A stretch of 64,000 nt of DNA from a virus. Positions 1-5,954 of this stretch are shown one piece after another. The notes beneath the pieces are model-generated. The model had not been told where the DNA came from and made no database searches. It saw only the letters and a list, made by a program, of their open reading frames with translations. A program made the position numbers and the translations under genes. Each line of letters starts with the position of its first letter. Position 1 is the stretch's first letter. The stretch lies in IMG/VR virus record IMGVR_UViG_3300042547_000432. The stretch is one strand, 5' to 3'.

Positions 1-75
1 TATCTCCGCTATTAGATAATCCCGATCCTTCAGAACTATCACTTGAATCACTGGTTGGTACGGTGTTGTTGTCAT
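1..75 (-). CDS. 5' end of a hypothetical protein (MTTTPYQPVIQVIVLKDRDYLIAEI...), runs off the window edge
   Basis: ATG at 75 with GGAG upstream, open to position 1; overlaps the upstream ORF in another frame. Confidence 0.55.
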   Translation of the reverse strand, partial: MTTTPYQPVIQVIVLKDRDYLIAEI

Positions 76-379
76 TTAATTTATCTCCAAATTTTTTCAT
101 GTATACATCAAGAATTCCATCTTCTGGTTCACCCAAAGCAACTACCGAAGTATATGGAATACGAAATTCTTCTGATTTAGAATACGCAAACCACTTGGTA
201 AAGTTAATAGAAAATTGAGATGGATTGCCATCTGTATTATAGTCTCCTGTTGGTGCCATATCTAGAATATACGGACACTTAAGAAGTAAACAAATACCCT
301 GACCATTTTCATCAGTTACTTCAGAAACTCCAGAGATTATTCTTTCTCCAGAATTTAAAATCATAACTCTCGGAATCAT
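1..379 (-). CDS. Hypothetical protein downstream of hsp20 (MIPRVMILNSGERIISGVSEV...), stop lies outside the window
   Basis: Hand-translated; ATG at 379 with AGGAGA SD, open to position 1; fed by the sigma70-type promoter at 403-431. Confidence 0.75.
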   Translation of the reverse strand, partial: MIPRVMILNSGERIISGVSEVTDENGQGICLLLKCPYILDMAPTGDYNTDGNPSQFSINFTKWFAYSKSEEFRIPYTSVVALGEPEDGILDVYMKKFGDKLNDNNTVPTSDSSDSSEGSGLSNSGD

Positions 380-402
380 ATAATTCTCCTAATGATAATT
401 TG

Positions 403-431
403 ATTATAGCACAAAAAAGAAAATAGGGCAA
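403..431 (-). promoter_or_regulatory. Host sigma70-type promoter TTGCCC-17-TATAAT
   Basis: -35 at 426-431, -10 at 403-408, exact 17-nt spacer. Confidence 0.65.
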
Positions 432-455
432 GACTGATAGTTGCCAGTCTCGCCC
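412..455 (-). terminator. Intrinsic terminator after hsp20
   Basis: 11-bp stem GGGCGAGACTG/CAGTCTTGCCC, 8-nt loop, then TATTTTCTTTTTT. Confidence 0.8.
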
Positions 456-488
456 ATCGTGCCGACGATATTTGGGTTGCCCCGCGTC

Positions 489-495
489 TATTTAT
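489..495 (-). promoter_or_regulatory. T4-type late promoter (ATAAATA) overlapping the hsp20 stop codon
   Basis: GGA TAA ATA G matches the late core. Confidence 0.5.
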
Positions 496-935
496 CCTTC
501 CGTAAGTAGTTGCTTACTACCAGATCCAATTTTATACATCGTGCGCTTTTGATGCTCTGGGATAATTTTTTCCAATGAGATTGTTAGTAATCCATCAGCA
601 AAATCTACAGAGGATACTCTGACATCTTCTGATAGTTGCCAGGAGTGATTGAAGGAACGTTTGGAGAGACCTTTGTGGAGGTATGTTCTTTCAGTATCTC
701 GTTTCTCAGACTTAGAGGCAACTCTGAGAATGCTTTGTTCTGTAGAGACTTCAATCTCTTCTGGTTTAAATCCAGCAAGAGCGACTTCAATCTCATAGTT
801 AGAGCTATCATTTTTGATGATGTTGTAAGGTGGATAGTTAGTATTGTGCCCAGACATGGCATCCAGTCTGTTGAAAATGCTTTCTAATCCAACTCCAAAT
901 GGGGAATAGACATCCCAAGTATATGCGTTTGTCAT
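492..935 (-). CDS. hsp20: Small heat shock protein Hsp20
   Basis: NYPPYNI, IEVALAGF, YLHKGLSKRSF, FADGLLTISL alpha-crystallin motifs; sits after regA as in cyanomyoviruses. Confidence 0.95.
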   Translation of the reverse strand: MTNAYTWDVYSPFGVGLESIFNRLDAMSGHNTNYPPYNIIKNDSSNYEIEVALAGFKPEEIEVSTEQSILRVASKSEKRDTERTYLHKGLSKRSFNHSWQLSEDVRVSSVDFADGLLTISLEKIIPEHQKRTMYKIGSGSKQLLTEG

Positions 936-941
936 TTTAGT

Positions 942-986
942 TCTCCTTAATAAGCGAGAGTTTGTTTAAGACCCCGAAGGCGTCTT
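942..986 (-). promoter_or_regulatory. Structured hsp20 5' leader: cUUCGg hairpin plus SD-sequestering hairpin
   Basis: AAGAC-G-CC-TTCG-GG-GTCTT (968-986); TCTC-G-CTT-ATT-AAG-GAGA pairs the AAGGAG SD (942-959). Confidence 0.45.
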
Positions 987-1010
987 CATTATTATATATC
1001 AGAAAGCAAT

Positions 1011-1033
1011 AAAAAAGGGAGTGTGGAACTCCC
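1011..1033 (-). terminator. Intrinsic terminator after regA
   Basis: GGGAGT-TCCAC-ACTCCC followed by T6. Confidence 0.8.
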
Positions 1034-1040
1034 TACAAAA

Positions 1041-1469
1041 TTATTCGGTTACTTCGGTCTTTTTGCGACCAATGTTGTATTTACTTTCAAGCGTCCATTC
1101 ATCTTTCTCTTTGAAAGCAAGAACTTTGATTTGATTCAACGGAGCAACATCAGCGATTGCTTCTGCTTTAACAACAGAAATCAATCCCCAATCGGATAAC
1201 AGTTGAATGATTCTGTTTCTACGTTGAACATCATTCACTGAAAGATTTGTATTCTTTCCATCAAGGGCAAACAGCTCCTTGAAGTGAACAATATAATATC
1301 TACCTTGCTTATGAAGAATATGGCAAGATTGGTAGATTTTCTTTTCTTTACGAGATGCTACACCGATACGGGTTAAGGTCTCACGAACTTTGAGGAAATC
1401 ATCAGGTTCATTGAGAGTCACCTCAACCATATCAGCTTGCTTCCATTCTACTTCAATATCAGGAGTCAT
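1041..1469 (-). CDS. regA: Translational repressor RegA
   Basis: PDDFLKVRETLTRIGVAS, QSCHILHKQGRYYIVHFKELFALDG. Confidence 0.97.
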   Translation of the reverse strand: MTPDIEVEWKQADMVEVTLNEPDDFLKVRETLTRIGVASRKEKKIYQSCHILHKQGRYYIVHFKELFALDGKNTNLSVNDVQRRNRIIQLLSDWGLISVVKAEAIADVAPLNQIKVLAFKEKDEWTLESKYNIGRKKTEVTE

Positions 1470-1852
1470 TTCTTTCCACCTTTGTCTACAAGTTTTTTAA
1501 TGTGTTCAAGTTGATCTTTTGATAAAATTCTCAATGCCTGTAGAGCTTTATCGTCGTTATAACCATAATACTCCTTAATCGCATCAAGGTATTCTACTTG
1601 AGATTTTTTCGCCCACGGCGAAAACCGCTTGCGCGGGTTGATACTATTTATAAAAAAGTCATACTGTAACTTCTTGTCCAAGTGAGGATACATATTCATC
1701 TCATTAGCAAAAAGAACTGTATCGTGAAAAGCAGCAAGACACTTGTTGACGATAAAAGGTGGATATGCTTTTTCAGATTCCTCGTCAATAACTACCGACT
1801 TCTTGTTTTGATTTATTGAGTTCAAATATTCCGTTAGAGATGGTTTCGTCAT
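1466..1852 (-). CDS. gp62: Clamp loader small subunit gp62
   Basis: YPPFIVNKCL, NEMN, LQYDFFINS, RKRFSPW, IKEYYGY; lies upstream of regA. Confidence 0.93.
   Translation of the reverse strand: MTKPSLTEYLNSINQNKKSVVIDEESEKAYPPFIVNKCLAAFHDTVLFANEMNMYPHLDKKLQYDFFINSINPRKRFSPWAKKSQVEYLDAIKEYYGYNDDKALQALRILSKDQLEHIKKLVDKGGKK
1645..1652 (-). promoter_or_regulatory. Perfect late promoter TATAAATA inside gp62
   Basis: Exact T4 late consensus encoded within the F-I-N-S codons. Confidence 0.55.
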
Positions 1853-2675
1853 AGTTAGTAATCAATAGTTCAGCGCGGTCTTTTTGCTCGTTCATGTAGT
1901 CACCCACTGAACGCATAGTATAGGTCAAATCCCATTTGGTTTGATAGTAACCATCATACCACTCTACGAGAGTTGGGTTGGTATTGTAAGTAATCATCCA
2001 CTTATCTTTTACATTCCCCTGAGTAATCCAAGCATGAAACTCTTCGTGATTGAATCCTTTGTGTAGCTCTCCTTTCTTTCCATAAAGATTATCTTTGATA
2101 TCGTAAGGAGGGTCAAAGAACCAGAATGTACCTACAGGAGCAGAAGTCATCATCATATCCCAGTAAGGACCACAAGTAATCTTCCAGTTCTGAACTAGTT
2201 CAGAATATTTGGGAAGGTTTTCAATACCTCGCATAGTAAAGTTATGGTCACTTGCTTGTGGAGAGAATGAAGATGATTCAGTCAGACCAGAGAAACTACA
2301 CTTGTTAACCACATAGAAAGCAGCAGCTCTACAAAGTTCTGGTTTCTCACTATCGTTCAGATCTTCTTTACAGTAGTTAAAAAGTTCCCTGGCAGTATCT
2401 GGTGTTGAGTGTTCTTTCTTGTATGCCTCCAGGAGAACAAACAATCCATCAGGTCTTGTCTGTAGCATCTGCCAGAAGTTTACCAAGGGTTCATAAAGAT
2501 CATTCACCCACACAGGAATGTCAGGGTATTCTTTTGTGAACGCGATTGCTACACTGCCACCACCAAGAAAAGGTTCACGATATTCAGTAGCATCCTTAGG
2601 CATCCTAGGGAGGAGGTATTTCATGGCACGAGATTTGCCACCAGGATAACGAAGAGGGGTCTTTAGTGATTTCAT
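1785..2675 (-). CDS. dam: DNA adenine methyltransferase (Dam/D12 class); specificity not determinable from sequence
   Basis: PLRYPGGKSR, YREPFLGGGSV (SAM binding), NDL, FFDPPY catalytic motif, ELLITNY. Confidence 0.92.
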   Translation of the reverse strand: MKSLKTPLRYPGGKSRAMKYLLPRMPKDATEYREPFLGGGSVAIAFTKEYPDIPVWVNDLYEPLVNFWQMLQTRPDGLFVLLEAYKKEHSTPDTARELFNYCKEDLNDSEKPELCRAAAFYVVNKCSFSGLTESSSFSPQASDHNFTMRGIENLPKYSELVQNWKITCGPYWDMMMTSAPVGTFWFFDPPYDIKDNLYGKKGELHKGFNHEEFHAWITQGNVKDKWMITYNTNPTLVEWYDGYYQTKWDLTYTMRSVGDYMNEQKDRAELLITNYDETISNGIFELNKSKQEVGSY

Positions 2676-3616
2676 TTAAACTTACACTCCACCATGATTT
2701 CAGTTAGACAAGCGAGAAGGTTAATCTCTTGGTCTGCCACAAAGGCAATCTGATACTGATACTTAGCAAGCACCAACACAGCAGGAGGAATAGAAGAACC
2801 TTCCAGCACTTCACTAAGAGCATTGTAGATTTTGCGAATGATAGTGTTGGGATCACTATCCATATTATCTACAACCCACTGACGAACAACATTATATTCC
2901 TTACCTTTCATCGCTCGCATGAGCTGGTCAATATTAACGTCAGCAATATCACAGAGCACAGCAGAGTCAAGGGAACCGCTTGCTGAGTGGCGCTGTGCTT
3001 CGTTCAGAAGACGCCTCCAATCGGGGTAGTAACGCTGAATCAGTTTGACCAGCACCTTGTCCTCATACGCCACGCCAGAGGCGTCTAGGATGCCCTGTAA
3101 GCGGGCGAAAAACGCCGCTTGGAGTTTCTGCTGCTCGCCCGCTTTGGTGCGGAAGTCAACGACGGTACAACGGGAATGGAGGGGTTCGACAATCTTGTTG
3201 ATGAAGTTACAGGTGAAAATGAAACGGCAGTTGCTATGAAACTCTTCAACAAATGCGCGAAGAGAAAGCTGAACATCATGTGTTGTGTTATCTGCCTCAT
3301 CAATGATAACAACTTTATGTTTACCACCACCAGTGAGACTGATAGTTGATGCGAACTGTTTAACTTTGTTTCGAATCGTGTCAAGGAAACGACCTTCATC
3401 AGAACCATTAATGACAATGTAACTAAGGTCAAGTTCTTCACACAATGCTTTGGCAACTGTAGTTTTGCCAACGCCAGGGGGACCAGACAGAAGGAGATTA
3501 GCAATCTCTCCCTGCTCTACAAATCCAGTAAATACTTTCTTTAACGAATCAGGGAGGATACAGTCTTCAATAGTATGAGGACGATATTCCTCCACCCACA
3601 GAAATTTTTTCATCAA
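2672..3616 (-). CDS. gp44: Clamp loader large subunit gp44 (AAA+)
   Basis: LWVEEYRP, GPPGVGKTT, IIDEAD, FIFTCN, LHSRC. Confidence 0.97.
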   Translation of the reverse strand: MMKKFLWVEEYRPHTIEDCILPDSLKKVFTGFVEQGEIANLLLSGPPGVGKTTVAKALCEELDLSYIVINGSDEGRFLDTIRNKVKQFASTISLTGGGKHKVVIIDEADNTTHDVQLSLRAFVEEFHSNCRFIFTCNFINKIVEPLHSRCTVVDFRTKAGEQQKLQAAFFARLQGILDASGVAYEDKVLVKLIQRYYPDWRRLLNEAQRHSASGSLDSAVLCDIADVNIDQLMRAMKGKEYNVVRQWVVDNMDSDPNTIIRKIYNALSEVLEGSSIPPAVLVLAKYQYQIAFVADQEINLLACLTEIMVECKFK

Positions 3617-4275
3617 GGTTCAAGCGCAATGTAATATGTAACGTCAAGGTTTAGATGCTTCCACTCAGAAATGTGATGCTTAGAAACACCAACCACATAG
3701 TCACCTTGAAGGAGGCGAATATTCTCAACCTTTAGGTCAAGAGAATGCGTTCCTTCGAAAGTTCCAGGAACAACAATATCATACGTGTTGGAAGTTGACA
3801 CTTCATTATCACGCACTGAAAGAACAATCTCTTCATCAGAACTGATGTTCAAATCAGGCAGTTTGTAAATACCAGTTGCTTTCTGAATAGCAGCGATATC
3901 AGAAGCAGACAGAGTAAACTGAATATCTGAACCAGGATACTTTACCGATTTGTCGGGAGCAGTCTTGAGCGTAATCTCAGGATCTGAAAAATAGTATTTG
4001 ACACGGCTACGTCCGTCTTTGATAGTAACATAATCAGCATTGTCAAAGACCAGAGAAGGATTGTCAAACAAACTAAGACCAGCGAGAAACTGATTGAGAT
4101 CATAAATCGCAAAAGTCCGAGGAAAAGACTCTTCCACATTTGCCGCAGCCAAGATATTTTCAGCGTTGGAAATGGTTCGTAATGTGTTTCCCTTTTTGAT
4201 AATAATGCCATTGTTAATCGTGGCGAAGTTTTTTAGAATATTCAGAGTAGTTTGGGAAAGTGCGACTGTGCTCAT
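3613..4275 (-). CDS. gp45: Sliding clamp gp45
   Basis: LKNFATIN, FAIYDLNQFL, YYFSDP, YYIALE; directly upstream of gp44. Confidence 0.95.
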   Translation of the reverse strand: MSTVALSQTTLNILKNFATINNGIIIKKGNTLRTISNAENILAAANVEESFPRTFAIYDLNQFLAGLSLFDNPSLVFDNADYVTIKDGRSRVKYYFSDPEITLKTAPDKSVKYPGSDIQFTLSASDIAAIQKATGIYKLPDLNISSDEEIVLSVRDNEVSTSNTYDIVVPGTFEGTHSLDLKVENIRLLQGDYVVGVSKHHISEWKHLNLDVTYYIALEP

Positions 4276-4580
4276 TTAAACTCCTGTAGACCGTTCTGTG
4301 TACGACTGTAGTGACCATCAAAGTTAAGCAGAAGCATAGCATAGTGAATTACTTTGAGTAGGTCACGTTTGTTGCGACCATCCTTATCTCCGTAGCGACT
4401 GCCGTATTTTAAAATGTTTGCTTGACAGAAAGGAGCAGCGAGTTTTTTTGCTGCCATTAGATCAATTGTTTGAATATCATCGTATCCTTCTTCATCACCA
4501 CAGTAATGTCCGTGGTAGGTAGTCACAACATAATCCTCAACGTCTTTGAGAATTTTGTCTTCATTGTATTTCCATTGCAT
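4272..4580 (-). CDS. DUF3310-like protein (possible nucleotide kinase family)
   Basis: HY...TID...FCQANILKYGSRYGDKDG...DLLKVIHYA pattern. Confidence 0.7.
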   Translation of the reverse strand: MQWKYNEDKILKDVEDYVVTTYHGHYCGDEEGYDDIQTIDLMAAKKLAAPFCQANILKYGSRYGDKDGRNKRDLLKVIHYAMLLLNFDGHYSRTQNGLQEFK

Positions 4581-4582
4581 AA

Positions 4583-4789
4583 TTAAAATTCCTTGATAAC
4601 AGAATCTATTTGGTTAGTATAGCACTTTGAGGAGTAAGAGTCAACACCCCCCATGCCATTTGGATATCGAATACCAAGATAGCAGTCAACATCTTTACCA
4701 CTATGATATTCAGTAATTTTACAGTAAACTAAAAAAACACCCCCATTTTTAAGATGGATGAGGGTGTGACGAGGAAGATTATCAAACAT
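4583..4789 (-). CDS. Hypothetical protein, 68 aa
   Basis: Fills the gap exactly and is translationally coupled to the cobS stop. Confidence 0.65.
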   Translation of the reverse strand: MFDNLPRHTLIHLKNGGVFLVYCKITEYHSGKDVDCYLGIRYPNGMGGVDSYSSKCYTNQIDSVIKEF

Positions 4790-5883
4790 CAGGATTCAAT
4801 AGTCAGTTCAGGTTCAGTGGTTTCAGTCTTAGGAGCATCAATGGAAGCATCAATCTTGGTGTAAAGCTCCATGAAGGATTGCTTAGTCTCATCATCAAAA
4901 CGAGCAATACACACTTCGATTGCTTTCTTGCGCTTGCCGAAGATGCTGAAGGCACGAATAACGTGAACCAGACGACGGGTAGAGATGATTTCATCAACAC
5001 CACCATCGTAGAAAGTCTTACGAATGATTTCCGCCCAAGCAACCAAACGGTCAACGAATTCTGAATCGTAAGCATTCAGAGACTCAGAAGCTTTCTTAAG
5101 AATGGCAGTTTCAACCTTAGGAGTAGGATATGCCTGCTCAAAGGTCACAGGAAAACGCTCAAGGAATGCCTCGTTAAGCACGTTGGTGCCGATGAAGCGA
5201 CCATCATCGCTACCCTTACCTTTGGTGTTAGCAGTAGCTACCACATTAAAACCAGCAGCAGGTTTGACATACTTACCAATCTTCTTAAGGAAGACACCCT
5301 TACCCTCAAGCACAGACTGGAGACAGAGGATTTTGTTAGAGGCAAGGTCAATCTCATCCAACAGCAGAATAGCGCCACGGTTGAGTGCTTGCACCACAGG
5401 TCCATCATGCCACACAGTCTCACCGTTAACGAGACGGAAACCACCAATCAGATCATCCTCATCGGTTTCGATGGTGATGTTAACACGAATCAACTCACGC
5501 TTCAGTTGAGCACAAGCTTGCTCCACACCGAAAGTTTTACCATTGCCAGAGAGACCAGTGATGAAGATAGGGTAATACTGACGAGAAGAAATAATCTTCT
5601 TAACATCACTAAAGTTACCAAAGCTGACGAAGGTAGCATCTTTCGCAGGAATAAAGTTTTCAGGATTTTCGACCACAGATTCTACAGCAGGTTGACTATA
5701 AGTTTGCTCCAGTTGCTCAATCGCAGTCAGGTGCCACATGCCGCGATGCACCTTAAACTGCTCCAGTTTCTTGGCGAGAGTCTGATAAGACATACCAATC
5801 TCATCAGCATAAGCACGAAGGTCAGCAGCAGTAACGACAGGACCGAAACGCTCGATGATGGGGGCGACTTCAAAGTTTTTCAT
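4789..5883 (-). CDS. cobS: CobS-like / MoxR-type AAA+ ATPase, 364 aa (start revised to MKNFEV at 5883)
   Basis: Walker A GLSGNGKT, Walker B LLLDE, TANTKG, AFLERF; promoter lies just upstream of 5883. Confidence 0.9.
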   Translation of the reverse strand: MKNFEVAPIIERFGPVVTAADLRAYADEIGMSYQTLAKKLEQFKVHRGMWHLTAIEQLEQTYSQPAVESVVENPENFIPAKDATFVSFGNFSDVKKIISSRQYYPIFITGLSGNGKTFGVEQACAQLKRELIRVNITIETDEDDLIGGFRLVNGETVWHDGPVVQALNRGAILLLDEIDLASNKILCLQSVLEGKGVFLKKIGKYVKPAAGFNVVATANTKGKGSDDGRFIGTNVLNEAFLERFPVTFEQAYPTPKVETAILKKASESLNAYDSEFVDRLVAWAEIIRKTFYDGGVDEIISTRRLVHVIRAFSIFGKRKKAIEVCIARFDDETKQSFMELYTKIDASIDAPKTETTEPELTIES

Positions 5884-5908
5884 GGTGTGGGTTGTTTCGT
5901 ATGTAAGT

Positions 5909-5937
5909 ATTATAGGGGAAAGAGGGTGGGGGCGCAA
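5909..5937 (-). promoter_or_regulatory. sigma70-type promoter TTGCGC-17-TATAAT for cobS, with -35 inside a 6-bp GC hairpin (5928-5943)
   Basis: Exact spacing; GGGGGC-TTGC-GCCCCC. Confidence 0.65.
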
Positions 5938-5954
5938 GCCCCCAAGTGATTAGG

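Noticed and set aside
4789-5883. cobS as a cobalamin-biosynthesis auxiliary metabolic gene
   Set aside because: Only generic AAA+ motifs; no cobN or other cob genes; the partner carries a peptidase motif
5102-5949. Antisense ORFs of 135 and 186 aa over cobS
   Set aside because: Wobble-sharing and codon-aligned antisense frames; composition mirrors the sense gene and no expression signals are present
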